A DNA stretch of 63,999 nt, the filler included, from Porpidia crustulata (lineage: Eukaryota): NCBI GenBank assembly GCA_964255105.1. It is 15 parts of 15 records of this genome, joined end to end, with 100 filler letters (N's around TTAATTAATTAA, not from the genome) between each part and the next. Parts side by side here need not be neighbours in the genome. Positions count along the whole stretch, not along the records: positions 25,845 to 30,038 come from CAXUWE010002133.1; positions 30,139 to 34,322 come from CAXUWE010002134.1; positions 34,423 to 38,606 come from CAXUWE010002135.1; 12 more parts are not named here. One strand, 5' to 3'. Numbering within the stretch: position 1 is the first letter of the stretch; each line of letters opens with the position of its first letter. Below are positions 26,257 to 38,706 of this stretch, in pieces. The position numbers were made by a program, and so were the translations under genes. The notes under the pieces were generated by a model. The model did no database searches. It was not told the origin of the DNA and was given only the letters and a program-made list of their open reading frames with translations.

Positions 26257-29011
26257 ATGGATTGTCTGTCTGGAGCAGCCAGCATCATCACCGTTATTTG
26301 TCTTGCTTTGAGTTCCACTCAGACCATATACCATGCTGTGTCTAATATTCGGGATGGCCCGCGAACGATCCCGCAGATGTTGTCGGGGCTGCAGATTCTA
26401 TCGAGCCTTCTAACGCAGCTTTTACAGAGCAGCGATAGTTTCTACCTTGCTGCTGATCTACAGGAGCTAGTCCATGGATGTGCCGGGAATCTGAAAAAGT
26501 TCGAGGAGCAATTAGGGAAACCGTTTTTGTCGGCGGATAATAAAGCGAAGAAGCTGTGGAAGCATGCCAAAGTAATGCTGGGCTCGAAGGACCTAGACAG
26601 GATGGCAACTCTCATACAGCAGCATGTCGCGGCGCTAGCGCTACAAATACAAATTATAGAAGGGTATACAGCACGCTCCCCCACAAAACCATCAAGGGTC
26701 TTAGTTGACTTGTCATAAAGAAGAAGAGGATCCTCTCAAACGATGAGCCTCGAACGAATTGAGGCGCTTTCGAACCGGCTGATTGCGCTGGATACATCGA
26801 ATTCGAGCAACTTGGGAACCATGGTCACGGCCATGAACGACAACGTTAAAAACGTTGAAGCCACGTTAGAGATATCGAATCGTGGGACGTGTCAACTCCT
26901 TAACCAATTAGGTGATAAAATGCAGGACCTCTCTGGTCTGTCAACGCAACAGTCGCATATCTTGAATACTATCTTCGACGCTATTCTTGACTTACAGAAG
27001 CAGCGTGTCTCCGAAAAGTCTCGCCATTCGGTCGGGGATACATCATGGACAGCCTCGACTGAGAGTCACCAAGATATACACTGGATTCGAGAGACACGCC
27101 AGACTTTTGACAAGGACGAAGATAGTATTCGGGAATGTCTTGATCGACTATGCCAGCTTGCGGAAGAAACAGAGAAAACGATGTATTCCGAGGATACAGA
27201 GACTATTATAGATGATCTGCAACGCTTGTTCGACTTGTCATCAAAGGCCGAACATCAGTCCACAAAGGACAGGAAGGGAAAGAGGAGACGAGAGTCAAGT
27301 GAAAATATTACCGATGATGAGGTCCTACAACATCAGCGTGAAGTCAAACGAATGAAGAGTCTATTAACTACTTCGCAATGTATCGCTTTGAATGGAAAAG
27401 GTGTCTCTTCATCTTCTCTATCATGGGAGCAATATGAGTTAAACGTGTCTCCATCTAGCATCTCGGCCATTGACCGTCAAAATGGAAGAATCCGAATCAA
27501 AGAAAACGCAATACCAACTTCAATCTTCAATTGGTATCATGAGCGTCCGAGCGCATCAGAGGCGTCGAATTGCCAGTTCAAGCGTACAGACCCCGGCTAA
27601 TACCTTGCAAGCTGATATCCTGGAATTCTGGGATGCACACGTGGTTTTTTCGCCAAATAGACCTTACATGGCTCAGGTTGCAGTAACTTTCCAGCAGCAG
27701 ATCTTGCATCATGGCTCTTTCCTTACAAAGCCGATCTTGTCTGTCTCCGCCTTATTGCCTGAGGATTCTAAGGTCTTTCAGCTGATCAAGAACGGTGATT
27801 TGAAGGGCCTCATGAAATCGTTGTACTTAAGAGAAGCTCGTCTTACGGATCGCGATCTCGATGGACGATGTCTACTGAATGTATGCTTTGAAAGCAATCT
27901 CTAAATGAAATGCGCGGATGGCTGATCGTATTAGTATGCGCTTGATAACACAAAGCCTGAAATATGCAAATTTCTTATTGAACATGGGGCAGATGTGGAT
28001 TTCATCGAGCCGAAATGTAATGAATACTACGAGTAAGCGGGCAATCAAAGAAAGCCAGTGCATGTTCACGCCGCTCATATTACGATAGGGTTCATTCCTT
28101 ACAGTCAAAAATCGTCCTCGACTGCGAAGAAGAGACAGAAAAATTAGCTTCTGTCAATCAATGCAGACGTTTACTGCTAGCAGCTGGCACAGATCCTACA
28201 TCTGCATCTGCTAAATGGACTGATGAAGTTAGTCCATTTATTATGCAAATACTTTCAAGTGGAACGACGGTACTAACGACCCTCTTGTTTTCCTAACCTT
28301 ATCGCTAACAGAGACTAAGGACTCATTGCAGCTAGTACTAGATCACGCTAGCACGTTTATTGGGACAAATGACGTTATAAAACCTGAAGGTTTGCTAAAA
28401 CATCATCTCCGTGGGCAATCTTGGACCGTGGAAAGCGTTGCTCTACTTCTTCGTCGATCAGGGACTCAGGAATTGGCAGTCCAAAATCTCACGAATTGCC
28501 TTCATTCTGCTATTTACGGAAGCTTCTATGCAGATGAATCTGGTTTAAAACCAGTGTTAATCCTCTTAATAGAGGCGGGCGCCAATGTATATGAAAGGGA
28601 CAGTTTGGGTATTACTATTTTTGATATTGTATTATTGTATGCTACAAATCTGTTGATTGGGCGGATGGTTCTATACTTTGGGATGGAACCTACAGACATC
28701 GCCCAGGAAAAAATCATGACCTGCAGCTCTTAGAGATCTGGTTAGAGGCGCTCAGTGCATGTGGTCTGGATGAGGAAAAAATAGTCTCGGATTGTCTACG
28801 TTCCACGTATCTATCCGACATCACTGATGATAGCGAGTCGTCGGAAGAGTATGATGCTTCTCTGCATGAGTACGAACTATCAATTGTCGAGGACCTCAAC
28901 GATGCCTCCGAGACCGGCAGTGAAGATTTCGACGGGTGTCCGTACAATAATCCAGGCAATCCGTACGAGCAGTCACTGTTGGAGGGTGATGCACAAGTAT
29001 GGCAAAGCTAA
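26257..29011 (+). pseudogene. HeLo-like (fungal N-terminal STAND-associated) domain plus ankyrin-repeat protein, multi-exon, with a 3' frameshift
   Basis: N-terminus MDCLSGAASIITVICLAL...IRDGPRTI. Ankyrin-like segments include KFLIEHGADVD, LLLAAGTDP and LLIEAGANVYERD. The tail (IWLEALSACGLD...) is out of frame because of an 8-bp duplication at 28625-28640. Confidence 0.7.
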
Positions 29012-30397
29012 TGCCGGCGGAATCAGAGAGAAGAATCTTCAACTCCAAGGATTGATAGGCTAGACTGATGAAACCAGCTGAAGGTATGCTCAAGTTCATC
29101 TCCCCTTAAATACTTGGTCACAATCCTGATTGCTTATCCCCCTTAATAATACAATCACTCACCTCTACGTCTATTAGCGGCGCCTGACCTACTATTCAAG
29201 GACCGGATATCATTGTGTTAAGCGTTCCGTACGTCCCCTTTACGATTTCAAGTACCGTAAAGGTGTCTGTAGTTCTGCGGATCGCTTGGAGCCCCTATCG
29301 GTGAAGGACGCAGATTAGACCGATAAAATACCTGTGACGTTGATTGTGAGATTTTCAGACTTGGACATTTGAGACTCGAAGGTGAAGCAAATCATTCAAT
29401 ATTAAAAGGCAGTTATTACTCTGTCTTGCAATCTCGTATATCGTGCGTCTCAGTGGCGGTGCCAAATACCAAATCCATATAAACTGGACCAGAACCCTCA
29501 ATACAGACACATACATAGTAGAACTTGTGGATATTAGATTTTGAAATGGGCCACGAAAAAGCTAGCTCAAGCCAGAGACGAGGTAAACGTTGAAAGGGTG
29601 AGCCCAATTCATCGCAGAAGCTCAAACTGGTAGAATTCCCCGGGGAAGGGGGGGGGGAGGAATAGACGAAAGTCAGTGGCGAGAGCAGCTCAAAAATTCA
29701 ACAGTCAATGCTGTCTTACGGGAGGAGTGGTAGGAGTACAACTGGTTCTCACGAATACAAATCGAGGCTTTTCGTTATGTCAAGAATAATCTGTGTACCT
29801 AGTGTAATCGAGAGATCACGAAAGAACCGGATAGTAGGGAAGCAGGCGGGAAGAACAGCGCGGAAAGCAAATGGTTGGTGGAAAGGGGCAAGATTTTAGA
29901 AAAGCTTGTTGGAGGATGAGCATCGAAGCGATGGGATTAGACTTTTGTAGGGGACATATATCCGGGGGACAACTATATGGGCTATCTGTTAGGGGCCTCC
30001 TAACTACCTAGCTATGGGGGTAAATCAACGAAGAAATANNNNNNNNNNNNNNNNNNNNNNNNNNNNNNNNNNNNNNNNNNNNTTAATTAATTAANNNNNN
30101 NNNNNNNNNNNNNNNNNNNNNNNNNNNNNNNNNNNNNNGTTGTAGGGGTTGTGATGGGAGGGGTGAGAGGAATGTATGAGGGAGTAGCAGACCGGGGAGT
30201 TGCTCGAAGGTGCATCACCCTTCGTTTCCAAAACCAATTTACTGCACGGGGTTCGGTGTGAATGTATTGGGGCGCCGTACATTCCCCACGCTAGTCACAT
30301 GCTGGACGACAAGATGAAATAATTCATGGTATTTTTTGTAGATATGACAGTATCTCTTGGTATACACGTCGCCATTGAACGGTCCAAATCCCAAAAA

Positions 30398-31258
30398 TCA
30401 AACTTTGTAATCCTTCAACCCATCCTTCCAAATGGTGATATACGGCGTAATGCCATCTTCGCGGTAATTTAGGAGCACGATCCTGCAGCACATGCGTCAG
30501 CCCCACCGGTGCTTCCAAACGCTCAAGGCAAAACGCTCAAGGCAAGTAAGTATAGAGAGCGCATACATTCCATCCGGATCCATCGACTCGCCGGCGTAGA
30601 AATCGTAGTCCTTGAAATTGGGCGAGATGACATCTTTGAAATACGTCGAAACCTTGGCCTGGAACTCCTTGATCCCGTCGGCGTCCTTGCCGCCGTCTTT
30701 GGGGTCCAATTCCTGGAATTTCTCGTTGAGTTTCTTTAGGTATCCTACATGGCAGCGCGCGGGGGTATTAGTTTGTAGAGGGATTGAGCGCGAGCGGTTG
30801 GTGTTACCCTTGAATTGAGAGGAGAAGGCCTTTTTGGTGCCGAAGGCTTGGGCGCCGTCGGCGCCCATGGGGACCAAGCGGAAGGCATCGACGACGTCGA
30901 TGACTTGTTTTGTTCCCTCTTCTAGCGTCTCTTCTTGCTCCTCTGCGGATGGGTTGGCCCCGATGTCTGGGAAGAAAAGTAGGGTTATTATGGCAGTTGT
31001 ATTGATGGTATTGCATTTACTGACCAACGTTGTCGGCGCCTTTCGTCACCTTCTTACAATCAATCTCGTAGACAACGCCGTCGATCTCCTTCATCTCCCA
31101 AGTATCTGAGATGATCTCGTCTCCCGAGACGAGGTCCTATGGAATTGGGGTGTTAGCTTTATCGCGCAGGCTTGTTCAACCAAGAGGGCTCGCTGCTGAG
31201 TGAACATGTCGGCCCCAGTTCAGGCCTCAGGGAAGCTACAGACCTTGAAGATTCTCAT
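30398..31258 (-). CDS. tma19: Translationally controlled tumour protein (TCTP) homologue, multi-exon
   Basis: Spliced product [16 protein letters not shown]...[10 protein letters not shown]...[27 protein letters not shown]. Confidence 0.95.
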
Positions 31259-31791
31259 TATGAAGGGATTTGGAGAGGAGCTTATAGATGCAAATTCGCA
31301 GAATATGCAGAGAAGCTGAAAGAATGTGTGCGTGCGGATGCGCTTCGAGCTATGTTGCAACCACGGTTTGGAAGTAGAGAAAATGCGAATGCGATTTATG
31401 GGATTTGGTGTTGGTGGGGTTGGTGGATTGAAGCGGGAAATAAACTCAAGTGCCCGGCCAGCGTTCCCTAATTTGGTTTAGTGTATATTTAAGTGGCAAT
31501 TTGTGGATGTTCGCGGCTGTGACGTGCAGATTGATCATCCATCTTACAATCATTCTGTCTGTAACGACGCAGTCAACTTCTTCCCTTCAATACGTTCCTT
31601 GAATTTTTTTCCGTTTAAACACCAGTCATACACCTCTTAATCACCTCTACCATACGCTTCTGCTTCACGCCTTTTTCATACGAGTTGTTACTTGGCTGCC
31701 TAAGCTTTTTAAATCCCCCTGATCCCGAAGGCCGACGAATAGACCTCAAAGGAATACAGCATAGTGCACCAAACCCTAGAGATTTTTGGCC

Positions 31792-33318
31792 ATGGCCAAT
31801 TCTACAATTTCCGATGAGTGGGCTCTACCGCCTCTTCCTTCGTATCAGCTCCGTCCTCTACCTCCACTGGCGGCTCCGATACCCGATAAACTTCTAACCC
31901 TACTGTTACCAATTATAGCTTATTGGGCGCTGTCAATGTTCTTTCACTGGCTCGATACAATGGACTTCTTCCCTCAATACAGACTACATTCACCCGCAGA
32001 GGTTACAAAGCGAAATCGAGTGGGAAGATGGGAGGTCATGCGAGATGTCATAATCCAACAAGTGGTGCAGACTATAGTGGGAACACTGCTAGGAATGACT
32101 GAACCAGATGATACATTCGGAAAGGAAGATTATGACATTGCGCTCTGGGCAAGAAGGATACGCATTGCCGAAAGGGCTTTACCAGGCCTGCTATCCTTGG
32201 TTGGTGTCAATGCCATTGGACTAGCGAAGAATCTGGCTTCATCCCATCCCATGCTTGCCGACGCATTATCAGGAGGGCAATATCCATCCTCAACCGTCGG
32301 TATCAATGCTACCAGTATGTGCTCAACGATAGCACCGGGTTTTACCGGATGGGAGCTGAAGCTTGCCAGCATAATATACTGGTACCTGTTCCCAGCGCTT
32401 CAATATGGTATTGCCATTCTGTGGGTTGACACATGGCAATACTTTTTACATCGTCTGATGCACATGAACAAATGGCTCTACACGACTTTTCACTCTCGTC
32501 ACCATCGCCTGTACATGCCTTACGCGTATGGAGCGCTCTACAATCATCCGTTTGAGGGTTTCCTGCTAGATACGGTTGGAGCAAGCATCGGTTATAAGAT
32601 AGCCGGGATGCAAACTCGTCAGGGAATGTGGTTCTTTACCGGTTCCACAATCAAGACTGTTGACGATCATTGCGGTTATGCTTTACCATGGGATCCTCTT
32701 CAGCACTTGACTTCGAACACTTCTGGGTATCACGACGTGCACCACCAAAGTTGGGGCATCAAGGCAAGTGAGTCATTTTAGTGGAAGTCACTACCACTAA
32801 CAACATCGTAGACAAACTTTTCGCAACCGTTCTTTACTTTCTGGGATCGATGGCTCGGTACCGTATGGACTGGGGGAGATGTGTCTGCCCGCTATGAGCG
32901 GTCCCGTATTGCGGCTCAAAAGCTGGTAGACGCAGACAACGTCAAGTCTACGGTTACCCATTCAGATCCTGCAGATAGCATGACTCATTCACCCAAGCCG
33001 TATGAGGACGATTTGCGGAACGCTTCAGATCTGTTAGCCGTCCCCATCCGAAATCAGCAACCTCAGGTGCCCAAAGGAAAAGCTGAGCTGCAAGCGGCAG
33101 GTTCCCGGCAGCAAGTACTCGACGACAAGAAATACGGCGGTCCCAGTGTGCTGGCCGATGAAGCGCAAGAGGAGAAGGAAGCTCGGAGTGTATTGCGAAG
33201 AAGTTCGCGAAAGAGCTCTATTTCTAAAAATGATAGCTTCCGGGGCTTACGAGAGAGGGTTGCGGGCAGCATACATGTAAGGACAGGAGGGATAATAGGT
33301 ATGGAGAGTAACCGATAG
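31792..33318 (+). CDS. sur2: Sphinganine C4-hydroxylase (fatty acid hydroxylase family); GC-AG intron 32764-32811
   Basis: His boxes HRLMH, HSRHH and HDVHH, plus YAYGALYNHPFEG, TIKTVDDHCGY and WGIK|TNFSQPFFTFWD across the intron. Confidence 0.94.
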
Positions 33319-34001
33319 CACTCACTTCATACTTTCAATGTGTACATAGGCTCTTTTCTTCGTGGTAACCTCTGATCGTACGCGGTATACTCGTACATTG
33401 TTCTATCCTCGTTGGGGTTTCACTAAGTTGTATTGTATTTGGCTTTATGGTATTAGGAAAGGAGTTTCGGTATTGGGTCGAAATCAGAGTAAAGCTCCTC
33501 GACGATCTAATACTAATTCATTTTATTACGCAAGTCGACTTCCATCAACGGCCAGGCCAACTTTGAGAGCCTACTTGGGCATGCGATTCTGCTGTTACGG
33601 TGCGAGGTGTTCCAAGCATGACATCAGACACTTTGCTCCATTGTCAACTCTTCTTCCTCCTCTTCATAACATACCATCCACCTCAGAATGTTCGAAGCCG
33701 TTATCGTTGTCCTCTTGGAACAAAGGCGTCCACCACGGACAAACAGCACGGTGGTGCGAAACATACAACCGAACAATGCCATTGTTTCAGTGATCAGAAT
33801 CACTTGATTGTTCGGAGAACACGACAGAATTCGATAGAAAACAGTTTGAACCTCCCCTCCTTCTTTCTTCATCGCTCCCTCGCCCGAAAGTGTAAGTGAA
33901 CCTTACTGTTCTTGACTTGCATCGATTCAAGACGATCAGCAGCAAGCCGCTCAGCTCCCTGTGCCGACCCAGGCCCTAGAGTAGGGCACGCACACTCAAC
34001 C

Positions 34002-34322
34002 ATGGGTTTCCTTGATCGAAAATCCAACATGTTCCGACGGTCGAGTATCTTTCGCAGCAACACCTCATGCAGTTCCAACGACCATTCAGGGCCTCCAAGC
34101 TACCGCACGGATCCTCCCAACCCCCAACCTCTACCTCAAGCCGGGACAAATTTCCAGTCCGCACGCTGTGAAGACACGACTACTTCGGAAGACCCCTACA
34201 ATTGGGATTATCGCAGCAACACCGCTCCACACCCCGAGCCTCAGCATCCACCAAATGGAGAATTCTTCTCTCGCTACAACTTTCCCCCATGCCAACAAGA
34301 GCATTATCAACCTCCTCCCCCA
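34002..34322 (+). CDS. Hypothetical Pro/Ser-rich protein N-terminus, 3' truncated
   Basis: ATG ORF (MGFLDRKSNMFRR...PPSYRTDPP) open to the contig end, with no recognisable domain. Confidence 0.35.
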
Positions 34323-35720
34323 NNNNNNNNNNNNNNNNNNNNNNNNNNNNNNNNNNNNNNNNNNNNTTAATTAATTAANNNNNNNNNNNNNNNNNNNNNN
34401 NNNNNNNNNNNNNNNNNNNNNNGCGGGGAACGGGGAGGTAGGATAGTATTGAAGGAGGTATACATTTAATGAGCTCGGGTCGGCGGTAATGGCTTCTTTT
34501 ATTCTACCAATCCACACTTTTTCCACCTACTTCACCGCCGGTACAGGAGACCGATCTGCGAATCTGCGCCGTACACCAACACGCAGGACCTTCTATAACT
34601 TTTGAGGACACGAGGGGAGCGGGGCGAGGAAAACGAGGCGGCCAAAGCTGTCACAACTTGCTGATGTATTAGCTGGCCGCGGTTGACGGAGTTTTGTATA
34701 GGGGCAATTACTTGTGGGTGGGAGGTATGCTGTAGCAATTTAGACCCCATAGTCTGGATTCTTCTTGAAATTTACTGAAGGCACCGAAGCCGGGTACCTA
34801 GCATAACGGGAAAACCATAATATGACCCCATCTGAACAATGAATATCAACACTATCATCGAATTTGTTTACGCATATCGACTTGAAAGTGGGCATAAATG
34901 ACAGAATTTGGTAACTCTCTTTTAATGCCATAGGTGTGAAGTAGATCAGGAGGAGTGCGAGGACCTAGAGGAGAGAATGAGCGGGAACCTTCATAGGGAG
35001 CTGAATAGGGGAATAGATAGGGAGTACAGTAAGGGGATGGAAATTGATCCGAGTCTCAGCAGGGCAGTAAATAAAATCACTGAGTGTCTATCTCAAACGC
35101 GAACGGGGTATTAGATATATTACTGCACGAAAATTTCAAACAGAAAACAACCGAATGGTCAAGTAGGAGCGAAAATAGGAGTGATATGATAGCTCGAGAC
35201 TCCCTCGGCGGACCAAACACACATGAATCATCGTGACTTTTACTCTGCAGTCCCCATTAAAATTGACTCAGGCTGTCTAAACACCAACAAAGGCCCCATG
35301 TGAGAAGTTCAACCCGTCAGTCGAATTCAATTTCGTTTTTTTCTCAGGGACTTTGCTCACACAATCATGGTCATCATTCGAGACAACCAGCAGCGATGTT
35401 CGGCTCAATATTGCCGTGATAGTTGCACAAGATAGAATCGTCGATGAATGCTTCAGTCGTTCCACCTATCCAAACCATCGATGTTGACGGGGCGATGTCC
35501 GCTTATCAAACGGGAGTTTGTGAGTTGCCCATTTGAGGTTTAGCGTGGGGTGCGTCGTTTGTCTTGCGTGGCCCGGAGACCCCGGAGTTTATCTACAGTG
35601 GGTTGAGTGCTCGAGTAGCCGCGCTGAGCGGAAAGTTCCTTACAGTCGACGTTTGATATCCTCTAAGAGCGGTATTCCCTCCGCCTTCTTGCATGCCAGC
35701 CGACTTATCCTCACCTAGCC

Positions 35721-38268
35721 ATGGACTCAAACCACCTCCAACAAGCTACTGAAGGCCAATCAACAGAGCGGAATGGAGCGCACCGCAAGAAGAGGAAGAG
35801 CGAAGATGGGTCCGGGTCCGGCACGCATACTCGAGCGAAACGCAATCGTTACATCTCGATTGCCTGGTCTGCCCCTCCTTCAGTCTTCATGCGTCCGTAT
35901 TGAAAGCTGCTAATGTGATCCTTGTCGTAGTAATGAGTGCAAAAGACGAAAAATCAAATGTAATGGCCAGGTTCCGTGCCAGCGTTGCGGGAACCTGCAG
36001 CTGGACTGCCTTTACGCTCCAAATTGCTGCAGTACTGGCTTCAAAGACACAGAGTAAGTCGACATTTCATTCGATACGAGACTGGGTTTGACCAAAAGAT
36101 GCAGCGAGTTTCGTGTAATGAGCACCACAATACAAACCTTGCAGGACCAGGTCAATAACCTTTACAACACCATCGAAGCTTTAAGGAGCAACCCGGAAGG
36201 CCATACATCGCCTTATGAGAGTCAAGAGACGTACCCGCATCATCCATCGCTAACCCAACCAACCCCGCAAGGCCCATACCAAACTCCCATACGTGAATCA
36301 CAAGCGCACAGAAGACACACGGGCTTCAAAGGTCCTACAAGCTCAGCATTCAACTTCGATGTTGCCAGTTCGAGCCTACAGACTATGGGTATTACGGAAT
36401 CCGAGACGGTATACCAAGGACTACTCAACCACGAAAAATCTCCAATACAATCACCACATCAACGCCACGTAGCATTGATGGTGAGCCCACAGCAGTCCCA
36501 AGACCCTTTGTGGAGTGTAGACCTGGATGAGGCCATGAGGCTGTGTGGGCTTTACGAGGAAGAGATGGGAATGCTGACCCCAATGCTCGACATTGGGCAA
36601 ATATTGCGGAACGCCAAGTTATTTTTTGGGTCCATAGAACCATCTGGACGAGCGGGACCGCCGCCTGGTCACTCGCCCAGTAACAACGTGTTATCGACCG
36701 ACGACATCAACAACTTGCGGCTGGTATTAGCTATTGCCCTAATAATTGAGGGCGGAGGCCGGAGCGAATTAGGAAAAGCGCTATTTGACAGTGCACGTAA
36801 AGCTGTTGAGAGCCGATTGTGGGAGCCTGTGGAGATCAAGGGTCTACTCCTCTTAGCACTTGTGGTATGCAAAGGAGCCTCGGATTCTTCGATAATGCTA
36901 AAAATCACCTAGGCGCAGTATCATTTCAATCAAGATGATGAAGTCCAGGCGTATAGGATATGCGGGATTGCAGCACGCTTATGTCTAGAGATGGGACTAC
37001 ATCGTCGCGAAACCCTAACGAAGGCGTTCACTACCGAAGAGGAATGTATCTGGGCGCTGAAACTATTCTGGTCCATTTATGTGGCAGATCGGCGGTTTAG
37101 TTTTGCAACAGGCATGCCCTTTGCAATCCAGGACACTGATATCGATCGGTTACTCCCTGAATTGGTACATACAAGCTCACTTTTCCTTCGCAGTACACGG
37201 ACTAACTAACCTACGTAGGATGACTCGACCCCCTACCTCACCCTTTCCATCTCCTACGCCCGCTTTTCCTCGAAAGTCTGGCGTAGCGCGTCCCGCATCG
37301 AGGATGTCCCCGATGTCAAAAAGGACATGGAATACCTCGATTACCAGATTCTCCAATGGAAAAACACGATCCCCGATTCCCTCCGCTTTGCCCCCTCCCA
37401 ACTTTCCCATCCCATCCCCGCCTCCGAGTCACGTACACACCTCCGCCTCAGTATCCTCTTGTACATCCGCGCAAACCAGATGCGTATCCTCATCTACCGC
37501 CCGGTCCTCCTTTCCGCAACCAGTATCATGGGAAACAGCCTTTACGCTCAAAAGGCCGTTGAGGTGGCCAAAGATACTATCCGAGTGCTCACCCGCCTGA
37601 ACGAAATAAGCGACATCTACCGCACGCAGCAGGTATGCTTCAACTACTTCCTCATCTCCGCCCTCGCCGTCGTCTTCCTCGCCGTCTCCCACGCCCCGGC
37701 CGAGTTTAACCGCCAGGTCCGCGACGAGTTCTATATGGCCCTCGACCTCATCAAAGGCTTCAGCACGCGCTCCTTCATCAGCCATCGGCTCTGGCGCACC
37801 ATCAAGGGCCTCAAGGAAGTCGGTCCCAAACTTGGCCTCGTGTCCCATCAACCCTTCGCCAGGGACGACGAGGACCCGCACAGCTCCGCTGCCGTCGCCA
37901 TGGCCGGGCTCGCCGGCCACCCGGTCGAGGAAATGGGCGTCTACCCGAACACGCAGGCGCCGAGCCCCATCGGTAGCAGTCCCATGAACGGCCAGCAGAT
38001 GAGCTACGAACTCACAAACCTGTTTGAAGCCGCGGGCGGTGCGTCCTCGGTCCATCCTGGCGCTCCGTCTTCCGGTGCCGGGTACGCGACGGTGGCGCAC
38101 GCGCACCATCCGCATCAAGCGCCGCAGAATATCGAGGGTGTGGCTTCTTCGTACATGGGTCAGCATCCGGGCGTGGCGGATATGGGACATCCGGGTGCGG
38201 AAGGGGCTGCAGCTGGGGGGTATGGGAATGAGGTGGAGCTTTCGAAGATTATGCATCATTTGCTTTAG
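35721..38268 (+). CDS. Zn(II)2Cys6 transcription factor with fungal-specific TF (middle homology) domain
   Basis: Spliced ACNECKRRKIKCNGQVPCQRCGNLQLDC, then EMGLHR, FWSIYVADRRFSFATGMP and LYIRANQMRILIYRP. Confidence 0.92.
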
Positions 38269-38706
38269 AGACGGTGGTTTGGGACGGTTGTGGCGCGAGG
38301 GAGGATATTGCGTGGTGTTTACACGGTGGATATGTGGGGTTTCGGCGGATTGCAGGTGAGCTGGATGGGGTTGTTTCTAGTGCTTCGGAGCTAGGATTAG
38401 GGGAGTGGGGAACTGGAACCAGGAGAGTCGATATGTTGATCGTCTGTCTTTTTGTACGAGCTCGCTGTTCTCCAAGCCCAGGAAGCTGTCCATGGGCTGC
38501 GGCCCGCCACACCGTCTATCTACATTAATCAGCAAGTTCGGCGTCTGACGGAAAAACACCGCCACAATATTTGACTCCTCAAGCCACCTCCTCCCAACCT
38601 CCGACCNNNNNNNNNNNNNNNNNNNNNNNNNNNNNNNNNNNNNNNNNNNNTTAATTAATTAANNNNNNNNNNNNNNNNNNNNNNNNNNNNNNNNNNNNNN
38701 NNNNNN

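Noticed and set aside
30517..30544. 14-bp tandem duplication AAACGCTCAAGGCA
   Set aside because: It lies inside a TCTP intron away from the splice signals and is likely neutral slippage.
37429..38259. 276-aa antisense ORF inside the Zn2Cys6 gene (similar ones at 4602-5126, 12429-12911 and 56123-56776)
   Set aside because: These are shadow ORFs produced by codon bias on the opposite coding strand.
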